Of a stretch of 32,000 bases of DNA, positions 1 through 8,667 are shown piece after piece (positions within the stretch are counted from its first letter, which is position 1; every line of letters begins with the position of its first letter). The DNA lies in assembly GCF_003367075.2 (NCBI RefSeq), contig NZ_CP065936.1, positions 840,001 through 872,000 on the forward strand, written 5' to 3'. The DNA is from Cylindrospermopsis raciborskii Cr2010. GTDB lineage: Bacteria; Cyanobacteriota; Cyanobacteriia; Cyanobacteriales; Nostocaceae. Below the pieces are notes generated by a model. That model was not told where the DNA came from. It saw only the letters and a program-made list of their open reading frames with translations, and ran no database searches. The translations under genes were made by a program, and so were the position numbers.

Positions 1-143
1 AATAGTTTGGAAGAGCTTAACCACCAAAAGAGTAAGACATGTAGAGAAATAGAACCCAAAAATGCTAGTGTCCACAAACCAGGGGAATCCATCACCCTTT
101 GGCTTTTAGGTGAGAGATTCTTAACTGTTAGGGAGTCCAACAA
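1..143 (-). CDS. Possible 5' end of a membrane-protein gene running off the left edge (partial)
   Basis: Not in the ORF track because it is too short. On the minus strand GGAGG (153-149) lies 5 nt before TTG at 143-141, with an in-frame ATG at 92-90, and the frame stays open to position 1. Translation ...MDSPGLWTLAFLGSISLHVLLFWWLSSSKL is a hydrophobic TM-like segment. The S-x-x-LH pattern recalls TonB-type N-termini. Confidence 0.3.
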   Translation of the reverse strand, partial: MLDSLTVKNLSPKSQRVMDSPGLWTLAFLGSISLHVLLFWWLSSSKL

Positions 144-324
144 CTTTACCTCCTAATTGATAACTGTAGTTGTGCTTTTTTCATTTTCCGCTACGGGGGT
201 GTCTGTTTTTACAGGTATCTCTCGATTTTTCGCCATCTCTCCATTTTTCAGTTACACTATTTACCTATCGCTCTTCATTTTAGTCTAAACTTCAGTAACT
301 AGGGTGTAGGGTAGAGTTAATTTT

Positions 325-3198
325 ATGAATCAAGGGCGCACTTACGATTATATTGACTTAATTGAGTTGCTGATAGGAACCATTTTTGAGAGCAAGGGGG
401 ATAGCCAAGTAATTTACCCCCTGTTGGAAAACAATCTCCATCTTTTAGATGCAACCTTTATTGACCAACTACAATCCTGGGGCGGTCATCAGGTAAATAA
501 ACAAGCAACTCCCGAGCAAAATGCTCAACTGGGAGCATCACTATACCTCCTGGCTCGGATTTTTTATCATTTTCCCGGAGGGGATCCGCTAATTAACCTC
601 GCTATAGCCATCTGTGGATACGAATTTTGCGCCGCCATAGAACGCCAACTGGGACTCGAAAAAGAATTGGCTCAAGTTCTCAATCATCTAGGTGCTGCTT
701 ACCAAACCCAGGCCCAAATGGGTACGGACTCCCACTCTAACCTAGAAAAAGCGATCGCAGCTTATAATGAGGCTATTACCATCCGTCGTCAACCCGGGTT
801 AGAAAGGGAATTGGCTCAAGTTCTGAATAATTTAGGTGCGGCTTATCAAATCCAAGCTCAAATGAGTAAGGAAGCTAATCTGGAAAGAGCAGTGACTGCT
901 TATGCAGAAGCCATTTCAATTTTACGGGAATTGGATTTAGAAAGGGATTTAGCTCAAACTCTTTACAATTTAGGGAGCGCCTACCAAACCCAAGCTCAAT
1001 TAGGTAAGGACTCGCAAGCGAATCTACAAAAGGCAATTCCACCCTATACAGAAGCGATCTCCATTCTACGGGAACTAGGTTTAGAAAGGGACTTGGCTAA
1101 AACCTTAACCAGTGTGGGTAGTGTTTATATTAGCCAGGGTAAACTAGAAAGAGCAATTACTCCTTTTAGAGAAGCTATTACCATGTTCCGCCAATTGGGA
1201 CTGGAAAGAGACTTGGCCGAAACTCTCAATCAACTGGGAATTGCCTACCTAAACGAAGTAGAACGGGGTAAGGATCCAGATGCTAATCTACAAAGAGCAA
1301 TTATTGTCTTTACTAAAGCTTTAACTATTCTCCGTCAACCAGGATTAGAACCAGATCTGGCTCAAACCCTTCACAATCTAGGAAAAGCTTACCAAACTCA
1401 AGCTGAACTGGGAACCGAGTCCCAGTCTAACTTAGAAATGGCGATCGCCCATTATCGAGAAGCTCTGGCAATTGCTACCCCGGAGCTTTCTCCAGCAGAC
1501 TATTTAAAATTTGCCAGTCATTTAGGAGATCTGGGGTTTGAGCAGGGTTGGTGGGATATCGCTCTAGAGGGTTATGAACAGGGAATCAAAGCACTAGAGA
1601 CAATCCAATTTTGGCGGGATAAATCTCCTGGGGAGATCCAACACTCCCATATTTACCAGTCAGCAGTGCGTGCTTGTATTGAGTTGCATCAATATGGAAA
1701 AGCAGTTGAATTAGTAGAGCGCAGTAAATCACGAAATTTAGTGGAGCTACTAGAGAATAAACATCTATATCCAAAAGGAAATATTCCCTCTCGTATTTAT
1801 GGGGAATTAGATCGTCTTCGTCAAGCAATTCGCAATGAAGTAAGACTACTGGAAATCCAAGGAGAAAAAAGAAGCCATGGTCAACTCAATACGCTCATAG
1901 AAGAATTAGATCAATTTATTACTAGCCAGGTCAAACCCCTTGATCCCCATTTCTCCCTTACCCAGAGGGTGGAACCAATAACCATATCTAAAATACTCAA
2001 GCTGGTGGGAGCAGATCCGCGCCGGGTGATCCTGGAGTGGTACTTTACAGATGATGTTCTCTATACCTTTATCATCACTGCTAATCCAGATGTACCAATT
2101 TTTCCTCACAAAGTGGTTATATCGCCCAGTGTGATCCGCCAATTCAGCCAAAAATACTTAGATATCTACCGCGATCGCCACAATTTAGGTAACTGGAAAC
2201 AGGCCTTACCGGAACTACTGGGCGAACTGAAGGAGATTTTGCAAGTTGAGACTTTATTAACTCAATTGTGGAAGTTATCCCCCCCATGTGAAGAACTGGT
2301 ACTCATACCTTATGGTTGCTTACATATCTTCCCTCTACACGCTCTATTTCCCTGGGAGCGATTTCCCCTGGGATTTAGTTATTTCCCCAGTTGTCAGCTC
2401 CTCAGTTCCGTAGGAGTTACGGAGCGGGAAGAGGTAGTACAATCCCTGGCCATTCAAAATCCTACCCAAAACCTGCAATATGCCAGTTTTGAAGTAGAAA
2501 CAATTATTACCCGACTGTTGATTGGCACGGAGGTGATAACTGAGAAAGAAGCCACCCGTGAAACTATTTTTAGTCGATCCATTCCAGAGAAAAATTACCT
2601 GCATTTTTCCTGCACTGGGTACTCTAATTTTCAAAAACCTCTACATTCTGCCATACTTTTGGCCAATTGTATTCTACCAGCTCCCCCCAAGGGTGGGGAA
2701 TACCTCCCCTTACCAAATGGTGCAGCAGTGGATCTCTCCCAATGTTTGACCCTTGGTGATATTTGTGGATTGGATATGCGTCGATGCCATCTTGTTTCTC
2801 TTTCCGCTTATGAAATGGGGATCGGTGATATGGTTGATACCAAAAATGATGACTATATCAGTTTGCCCACGGGTTTTCTCTTAGCAGGAGCTTCTACCAT
2901 AATTAGTAGTTTATGGGCTGTGAGTGATTATACTACTGCTTTGTTAATGATTCGTTTCTACCAATTCTATACGGACACAGAAAATCTTCTGACCTATGGT
3001 CGTCCTCGCTTAGCACTGTACCATGCCCAGCAATGGTTACGAGATGCTCCAGCGGGAAAGTTGTTAACCTGGGCGGCAAAGTTACCATTTTCCGGGACAA
3101 GGCTGACATTACTCGCTGATTTTGATACAATGCCAGAGTCTCAACGCCCTTTTCAAGAACCATACTACTGGGCCGCCTTTACCTGTGTTGGAATTTAG
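325..3198 (+). CDS. TPR-repeat / CHAT-domain protein (caspase-like fold), probably catalytically inactive
   Basis: 957-aa ORF with ATG at 325. The N-terminal half has about 6 tandem 40-48 aa TPR-like units (LERDLAQTLNNLGxAYQTQAQ...AIxxYxEAIxILRxLG). The C-terminal ~330 aa follows the CHAT layout (LVLIPYGxLHxFPLHAL ... LHFSCTGY ... LVSLSAYEMG ... SSLWAVSD ... PYYWAAF). Confidence 0.85.
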   Translation: MNQGRTYDYIDLIELLIGTIFESKGDSQVIYPLLENNLHLLDATFIDQLQSWGGHQVNKQATPEQNAQLGASLYLLARIFYHFPGGDPLINLAIAICGYEFCAAIERQLGLEKELAQVLNHLGAAYQTQAQMGTDSHSNLEKAIAAYNEAITIRRQPGLERELAQVLNNLGAAYQIQAQMSKEANLERAVTAYAEAISILRELDLERDLAQTLYNLGSAYQTQAQLGKDSQANLQKAIPPYTEAISILRELGLERDLAKTLTSVGSVYISQGKLERAITPFREAITMFRQLGLERDLAETLNQLGIAYLNEVERGKDPDANLQRAIIVFTKALTILRQPGLEPDLAQTLHNLGKAYQTQAELGTESQSNLEMAIAHYREALAIATPELSPADYLKFASHLGDLGFEQGWWDIALEGYEQGIKALETIQFWRDKSPGEIQHSHIYQSAVRACIELHQYGKAVELVERSKSRNLVELLENKHLYPKGNIPSRIYGELDRLRQAIRNEVRLLEIQGEKRSHGQLNTLIEELDQFITSQVKPLDPHFSLTQRVEPITISKILKLVGADPRRVILEWYFTDDVLYTFIITANPDVPIFPHKVVISPSVIRQFSQKYLDIYRDRHNLGNWKQALPELLGELKEILQVETLLTQLWKLSPPCEELVLIPYGCLHIFPLHALFPWERFPLGFSYFPSCQLLSSVGVTEREEVVQSLAIQNPTQNLQYASFEVETIITRLLIGTEVITEKEATRETIFSRSIPEKNYLHFSCTGYSNFQKPLHSAILLANCILPAPPKGGEYLPLPNGAAVDLSQCLTLGDICGLDMRRCHLVSLSAYEMGIGDMVDTKNDDYISLPTGFLLAGASTIISSLWAVSDYTTALLMIRFYQFYTDTENLLTYGRPRLALYHAQQWLRDAPAGKLLTWAAKLPFSGTRLTLLADFDTMPESQRPFQEPYYWAAFTCVGI

Positions 3199-3207
3199 AG
3201 GAGAACC

Positions 3208-4176
3208 ATGATCACAAGTCTTAGTCCAGAAGATATAATTTTAACTGCACTGGATATTTTTCTCAATAAAGATACGGGGGATTTCTCATCCTTGGCTGAA
3301 CAAATTGAGAAATCTGGATATCCCAGTGAAAAGGAAATTGCCGCTTTACTAGATGAATGGTTGGAGAATAAACCTTCCCTGCGAAAGGAGTATAATAGGA
3401 TATTTGTACAACTCAGAAATGAGCGGAAAACAGAAAGGCAATTTTTACCCAGATCACAAAGCACTTCCCCGGATGGGGAAGCTTTACATAAACAAAAAGT
3501 AAAAATGCTGCTCAGCAAAATGCGTGACGTTGTGCATGTATTAAATTGTGTGACTTGTAAAGGCTTAGTAAATGCCAAAGAAATAGATAGCTACTTTACA
3601 CCAATTCAGACCAAAGATTCCATGGCTAATTCTCCGGATAAAATTGGCACTAAATATAAGTTTACATTTTTACAATGCACTAAGTGTTCTCAGCCTTTTA
3701 TCACTCGCACGGAATATTCTGATAATCCCGAACATTACAATGATCCCACCTATGGTCAACCCAAAACCTTATATCCCACATCTGAGAAAACTATTAGTTC
3801 TGAAGTACCTACATACATAAGGACGGTATTGGAAGAGGCTATACGGTGCTATAATAATAAAGCATTTATTGCATCCGTGATTATGTGTGTTAAGACATTA
3901 GACTATGTATGTAAAGATTATAAAATTGAGGCAGGATCGCTTGAGAATAAACTCAAGAAAATGAAAGAACAAGAAATTATTGATCAGAATCTTTATGATT
4001 GGGCTGATAGGTTAAGAGTAACAGAAAATGATTTTGTGCATAAGAATATAACTTTTGGTGCAACAGATGCTCAATACATTATTAACTTTACATATACAGT
4101 TATTGATTATATTTTCACGTACAGGAAAAAATTTGAACAGTTTAAATACAAGAGCAAACCAGAAGGAAAAAATTAA
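3208..4176 (+). CDS. Uncharacterised protein: N-terminal helical extension + CxxC-N39-CxxC zinc ribbon + DUF4145-like C-terminal domain
   Basis: 322-aa ORF in an AT-rich stretch where long ORFs are unlikely by chance. GAGGAG (3198-3203) overlaps the upstream stop codon and lies 4 nt before the ATG. Cys114/117 (CVTC) and Cys157/160 (CTKC) form the ribbon. LYPTSE...VPTYIRTVLEEAIRCYNNKAFIASVIMCVKTLDYVCKD...RLRVTENDFVH matches my recollection of the DUF4145 pattern (YP..P..i...EA..c.....A..m.R..LE ... R..GN..aH). Confidence 0.7.
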   Translation: MITSLSPEDIILTALDIFLNKDTGDFSSLAEQIEKSGYPSEKEIAALLDEWLENKPSLRKEYNRIFVQLRNERKTERQFLPRSQSTSPDGEALHKQKVKMLLSKMRDVVHVLNCVTCKGLVNAKEIDSYFTPIQTKDSMANSPDKIGTKYKFTFLQCTKCSQPFITRTEYSDNPEHYNDPTYGQPKTLYPTSEKTISSEVPTYIRTVLEEAIRCYNNKAFIASVIMCVKTLDYVCKDYKIEAGSLENKLKKMKEQEIIDQNLYDWADRLRVTENDFVHKNITFGATDAQYIINFTYTVIDYIFTYRKKFEQFKYKSKPEGKN

Positions 4177-4273
4177 CGGTTAATTGTTTATTATCAAACT
4201 CTTTTCAGTAAGCCATAAATGAAGGTAAAATTAAGAGATATTTGGCATACACTCTCACGGAGATTATGGATTA

Positions 4274-5995
4274 ATGTTACTGTCCCTCAGAATTGAGAAT
4301 TTTGCCCTGATCGACCAACTGGAGTTAGATTTTGGTCCAGGATTGAATGTTTTAACTGGGGAAACTGGTGCAGGAAAGTCGATTATTCTGGATGCGATTG
4401 ATGCAGTTTTGGGTGGAAGGGTTTCTAGTCGGGTAATTCGCACTGGAACTAATCGTGCTGTGGTAGAAGGAACTTTCAGTATTGCTCCGTTTTTGGCTAC
4501 TTGGTTAACTGAACAGGAAATTGATTTGATTGATGATAATTCTCTGGTGATCAGTCGGGAAATTACTGCATCTGGAATTAATATCCGCAGTCGTTCACGG
4601 GTAAATGGTGTGTTAGTTAATCGCCAAATTATGACTAGTCTGCGCGATCGCCTGGTGGAAATTACTGCACAAGGACAAACTTTACAAGTGGGACAGTCTG
4701 CTCAAGTCAGAGATTGGTTGGATCTCTATGGTGGTGAGGATATAATTCAACACAAACAAAAGGTGAGTAGTGCTTACGCTGCATATCAAGAGGCACATAA
4801 AAGTTTAGAAAAACGACGTAGGTCAGAAAAGGAACGTTTGCAACAGTTAGACCTCCTAACTTATCAAATTCAAGAATTGACCACAGCAAATCTCCATGAT
4901 CCACAAGAAATGGAACTATTGAACCAGGAAAGAGAAAGACTAAATCATCTGGTTGATTTGCAACAAATGAGTTATAAAATTCATCAGTCCTTATATCAAA
5001 ATGATGCTGAAACTCCCACTGCTGTGGATTTATTAGGAGCTAGTGAGACCATATTAAACCACATTGTGGAGTTTGACCCTCAACTGCAACCCATTTTGGA
5101 GTTAGTTAGGGATGCGTTGGCAACAGTTATGGAAGTAGGAAGACAAATTAGTATGTATGGAGATGGATTAGAAGCTGATCCTCAAAGACTAGAAGAAGTA
5201 GAAGAAAGAGTAAGAGAGCTAAAACAAATCTGTCGTAAATATGGACCTAGTCTCTCAGAAGCAATAGAATATTATCAACGTATTCAAAATGAATTAGAGG
5301 AATTGAATAGTACGGAAGATTCCTTAGAAAGTTTGGAACAACAGGAGCAGGTTTGTCTACAACATCTTAATCAGGTCTGTCAACAGTTGACTCAATTACG
5401 CTTACAGAGTGCGATTAATTTAGAATCTCATTTGTTGGCTCAACTAAAACCACTGGCCATGGAAAAAGTAAAATTTCAAGTAGAAATTACCCCCATTCCA
5501 CCCACCTCCACCGGTGCAGATAAAATCACCTTTATGTTCAGTCCCAATGCGGGGGAACCCATTCAACCACTGACAGAAATTGCTTCTGGTGGGGAAATGA
5601 GTCGATTTTTATTGGCTCTCAAAGCTTGTTTTAATCAGCATGATAGTGTAGAAACTATGATTTTTGATGAAATTGATGTGGGTGTTTCCGGGAGAGTTGC
5701 TCAAGTTATTGCCGAAAAATTACGTCAATTAAGCGAAGCTCAACAAGTATTATGTGTAACTCATCAACCCTTAGTCGCAGCTATGGCTGATCGACATTTC
5801 CGGGTTTATAAAGAGGTGATTGAAAAAAACGGTAATACGGAGGAGCGCACCGTAGTCAGAGTTACCTCTTTGGATAACTTAAATACTCGCAGGGATGAAT
5901 TGGCCCAATTAGCTGGTGGTAAATCTGCTAATCAGGCGATCGCTTTTGCTGAATCTTTACTAATTCAAGCTGCTAAATTACGAGTACAGGACTAA
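4274..5995 (+). CDS. recN: DNA repair protein RecN (SMC-like ATPase)
   Basis: 573 aa starting MLLSLRIENFALID. Walker A GETGAGKS, long coiled-coil middle, signature ASGGEMSRFLLALK, Walker B MIFDEIDVG. Confidence 0.95.
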   Translation: MLLSLRIENFALIDQLELDFGPGLNVLTGETGAGKSIILDAIDAVLGGRVSSRVIRTGTNRAVVEGTFSIAPFLATWLTEQEIDLIDDNSLVISREITASGINIRSRSRVNGVLVNRQIMTSLRDRLVEITAQGQTLQVGQSAQVRDWLDLYGGEDIIQHKQKVSSAYAAYQEAHKSLEKRRRSEKERLQQLDLLTYQIQELTTANLHDPQEMELLNQERERLNHLVDLQQMSYKIHQSLYQNDAETPTAVDLLGASETILNHIVEFDPQLQPILELVRDALATVMEVGRQISMYGDGLEADPQRLEEVEERVRELKQICRKYGPSLSEAIEYYQRIQNELEELNSTEDSLESLEQQEQVCLQHLNQVCQQLTQLRLQSAINLESHLLAQLKPLAMEKVKFQVEITPIPPTSTGADKITFMFSPNAGEPIQPLTEIASGGEMSRFLLALKACFNQHDSVETMIFDEIDVGVSGRVAQVIAEKLRQLSEAQQVLCVTHQPLVAAMADRHFRVYKEVIEKNGNTEERTVVRVTSLDNLNTRRDELAQLAGGKSANQAIAFAESLLIQAAKLRVQD

Positions 5996-6438
5996 TGATG
6001 ATGTTCGTGGTTTTTATCGTGAGCACACCCTTGCAAATCCTGTTGCATGAGACTTTCAGTCATTACCTGTAAGGACTCGTCCGTGGAGTTCAAACCAATC
6101 CAGGCGTGGATTTTTTCCACATCAAAACCTACCTCTCTTTGATTACCTACTTCTAATAAAGGACGGCGAATTAATAGAGGATCTTTCAGCATCATTAATA
6201 AAGCAGTTTCCCCATCAATGTTTTCTGGATTTACCTCTCCTGATCTTACACTGGGAGCTGTTTTATTAAACCATTCCACTACCGGGCGATCGCCGAAAAA
6301 GGATTTTAATCTTTCCTTCGTCCATGGTTCTGTTAATAAGCTATATGCTATTACCTGATGACCTGCTGCTGTTAGTAAAACCTTTTGTCTGATATTATTT
6401 TTACATCCAGGTTTTTCATAGAAAATCACTCTAGCCAT
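5992..6438 (-). CDS. ArsC/Spx-family thioredoxin-fold protein with a C-terminal His-rich tail
   Basis: 148 aa. N-terminus VIFYEKPGCKNNIRQKVLL...WFNKTAPSVRSGEV is typical of the ArsC/Spx/MgsR family. The C-terminus is CAHDKNHEHHH. Its stop overlaps the recN stop by 4 bp. Confidence 0.7.
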   Translation of the reverse strand: MARVIFYEKPGCKNNIRQKVLLTAAGHQVIAYSLLTEPWTKERLKSFFGDRPVVEWFNKTAPSVRSGEVNPENIDGETALLMMLKDPLLIRRPLLEVGNQREVGFDVEKIHAWIGLNSTDESLQVMTESLMQQDLQGCAHDKNHEHHH

Positions 6439-6717
6439 AACAACTTTCTCCTCTTGATTCTGAGTTTACTTGATAACTATTACTCGGATCTACGCACTCA
6501 CCTATCTAAAAATCACAAAGAATCACACGAGCTATATTTTCTAATAGTTGAGAATATTCCCACTATTGACTTTACCTGTGGTTTTACTTACTCATTATCC
6601 ACTACTTATTTAATATGATAATCTCTGATTCATAATTCTGCTACAGTATTTACCAAAGATAATAGTAGCCAGATATCCACTGCTCATCACCCATTAACCT
6701 TGTGCAGAACTATATTT

Positions 6718-7323
6718 TTAAAAATTCTTGCTGGTATGGTTAACTATGTCAAATTCTCGTCTGTTTTGAGAATTGGTTTCTCCATAAATGTTAAAAGTAA
6801 CAGTTGGTTCTGGTCCCACAGAATAGACCTGATGTATGGTTTGGGAAGTAAAACTAATTAAATCACCGGGAAATAAATCTAAAGATCCTACCTGTTGAAT
6901 ACGATCAGGATTTGCTGGATCAGGTTGCCAAAATGTGTTTTTTTCCTGACCTTGTAAAATAGCGACTATTCCCCAGGTTCCATGATTATGGATATTGGAG
7001 GTGATTCCTGGTGCAAAAGTGACAGTCTGTACTGTTAAAGGAAATCCCAACTCATCATATAGTAACAAAACTGATGTTCCGGTTGGAGAATGTGGTTTTA
7101 AAACTCGACTTTTTACCCAATAGGAATTAACTATTAGTCTTCTGACCAGCATTCTCAGGTGAGGAAGAAAATCAGACTCTTCTTCTACATCATTGAGAAC
7201 ATCTTCTACTTCCGTGAGAAACCGATAAAAACGATAATTTTCTCTTAATAAGTCCCATTCTCTTGCAGCTTTACATAGTTCATGCTTTCCACTCTCAGGG
7301 ATGAACCAATCTTTTCCTTGCAT
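6718..7323 (-). CDS. Cupin-fold metalloprotein, cysteine-dioxygenase-like
   Basis: 201 aa. Cupin motif 1 is PGITSNIHNHGTWGIVAILQG (HxH) and motif 2 is FPGDLISFTSQTIHQV, arranged as in bacterial CDO-type cupins. Confidence 0.65.
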   Translation of the reverse strand: MQGKDWFIPESGKHELCKAAREWDLLRENYRFYRFLTEVEDVLNDVEEESDFLPHLRMLVRRLIVNSYWVKSRVLKPHSPTGTSVLLLYDELGFPLTVQTVTFAPGITSNIHNHGTWGIVAILQGQEKNTFWQPDPANPDRIQQVGSLDLFPGDLISFTSQTIHQVYSVGPEPTVTFNIYGETNSQNRREFDIVNHTSKNF

Positions 7324-7357
7324 AACCTAATACTTCCATAATACGTCCATCAAAAAT

Positions 7358-7411
7358 TAAGTAGGGATGCACAATTATTTGTTCATCTTATATTTAATTC
7401 CACCTACTTAC
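7358..7411. repeat. Hairpin repeat element, copy 1
   Basis: TAAGTAGGGATGCACAATTATTTGTTCATCTTATATTTAATTCCACC. The stem GATGCACAA/TTGTTCATC has one mismatch and the loop is TTAT. It abuts the stop codon (7408-7410) of the minus-strand gene 7408-7899. Confidence 0.8.
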
Positions 7412-7899
7412 CCATCCTCCTCCAATGAAGGGTTTAAAATCTGCCAAAGAATATTAGCACCAAAATCTTCTTTATCATTTATGTTCTGTATCTCTTTGAT
7501 TATTGCTTTAGCCTGGTCTAATTTTCCCAACTTGGCTGAAATCATTCCCAGAGCAGTATAAGCATTTAAAAAAATTCTAATTTGAGATTCATCCTTTCTT
7601 GCAAGTAAAACTGATCGAAGTTTTTCCCAGTTATCAGGTAATTGGTGAGTTTTTCTGATTCTAGCAATTATGGTGTTCGCTGTTTTTTCCGCTAGAGCAT
7701 AATTATTTTGATAATAAAAATAACGATAAGCTGCTACCAAAACGTCCATATGGTTATTCTCCTTAGTTTCAGCTAGAGCTTGCTCCATATATTTAAGAGA
7801 CTCTTCTGGATTTTCCCATGTTTTAGTAGCTAAGACTAATAGTTCTTTAACTTCAGCAGAAGCGTCAAACCAGGAAAACTGGTCACAATTGATATTCAT
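7408..7899 (-). CDS. Hypothetical small all-helical (TPR-like) protein
   Basis: 163-aa ORF with ATG at 7899. It has helical, amphipathic repeats (ALAETKENNHMDVLVAAYRYFYYQNNYALAEKTA..., FLNAYTALGMISAKLGKLDQAKAII). I recognise no family. Confidence 0.6.
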   Translation of the reverse strand: MNINCDQFSWFDASAEVKELLVLATKTWENPEESLKYMEQALAETKENNHMDVLVAAYRYFYYQNNYALAEKTANTIIARIRKTHQLPDNWEKLRSVLLARKDESQIRIFLNAYTALGMISAKLGKLDQAKAIIKEIQNINDKEDFGANILWQILNPSLEEDG

Positions 7900-7944
7900 A
7901 TCTAATTACTTAATCTACTGGACTTGAAACTCAAAGGAAATAGG

Positions 7945-8000
7945 TAAGTAGAGATGCACAATTATTTGTGCATCTTATATTTAATTCCACCCACTCACTT
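7945..8000. repeat. Hairpin repeat element, copy 2 (perfect 9-bp stem)
   Basis: TAAGTAGAGATGCACAATTATTTGTGCATCTTATATTTAATTCCACCC. The stem is 7953-7961 / 7966-7974 with loop TTAT. It lies between the ctaE stop and the start of gene 7408-7899. Confidence 0.8.
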
Positions 8001-8039
8001 AGTTACCTAATTACCTATTCCCTTTTATCAATTAGCAGC

Positions 8040-8636
8040 TCAAAAAGCATTCATGAGATAAACCAAGGTAAACAAAATAATCCAAATGATATCGACAAAG
8101 TGCCAATAAATTTCTGCCATTTCGATTCCCGTATGTTTAATAGCAGAATAATGATTACGTTTGAGAGAACGCCATAAAACACCCAAAATTAATAGCAATC
8201 CCACAAAAACATGCAATCCGTGAAAACCAGTCATTAAATAAAAACAATTGGCGAAAACATTGCTAGTTAACCCATACCCCAGATTCATGTATTCATAAAT
8301 CTGTCCCACTAAAAATACAGCACCCATGATGGCCGTAATAAAATACCAAAATCGCATCCACCCCACACGATTTCTTTTAATTGCTGCATCACCTAGATGA
8401 ATAACAAAACTGCTAGATACTAGAATTATGGTGTTAATGGTAGGGATAAGCAATTCCACATCTGTCCCCTCTGGAGGCCAAACTGGGGTAGTACCTTTAA
8501 AAAATAAATAGGTAGCAAAAAATCCACCAAACATTAAGGATTCAGAAACCAAGAAAGTTAATAATCCCCAAACCCGCAAATCCGGATGTTCGTGATGGTC
8601 ACCTGAGAGATGTTTGTCAGTCGTAATTGCTGTCAT
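8040..8636 (-). CDS. ctaE: Cytochrome c oxidase subunit III
   Basis: 198 aa and polytopic. The sequence LLTFLVSESLMFGGFFATYL ... FYLMTGFHGLHVFVGL ... YWHFVDIIWI is typical of heme-copper oxidase subunit III. It is the third gene of the ctaCDE arrangement. Confidence 0.93.
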   Translation of the reverse strand: MTAITTDKHLSGDHHEHPDLRVWGLLTFLVSESLMFGGFFATYLFFKGTTPVWPPEGTDVELLIPTINTIILVSSSFVIHLGDAAIKRNRVGWMRFWYFITAIMGAVFLVGQIYEYMNLGYGLTSNVFANCFYLMTGFHGLHVFVGLLLILGVLWRSLKRNHYSAIKHTGIEMAEIYWHFVDIIWIILFTLVYLMNAF

Positions 8637-8667
8637 GGTGTTTTTCTTTTTGAGGGGTTAATTTTTG

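Noticed and set aside
170-285. Series of T5-6 tracts upstream of the TPR-CHAT gene, considered as phased curvature or UP-like elements
   Set aside because: The spacing (about 30, 20, 18 and 32 bp) is not a consistent helical phase. It may simply reflect an AT-rich divergent promoter region.
3195-3578. 127-aa minus-strand ORF antisense to the start of the DUF4145-like gene
   Set aside because: It is an antisense shadow ORF. The plus-strand ORF has a strong RBS, is longer, and carries recognisable domain motifs.
6385-6618. 77-aa plus-strand ORF between the ArsC-like and cupin genes
   Set aside because: It overlaps the 5' end of the minus-strand ArsC-like gene. It has low-complexity AT-rich codons, no RBS and no recognisable motif.
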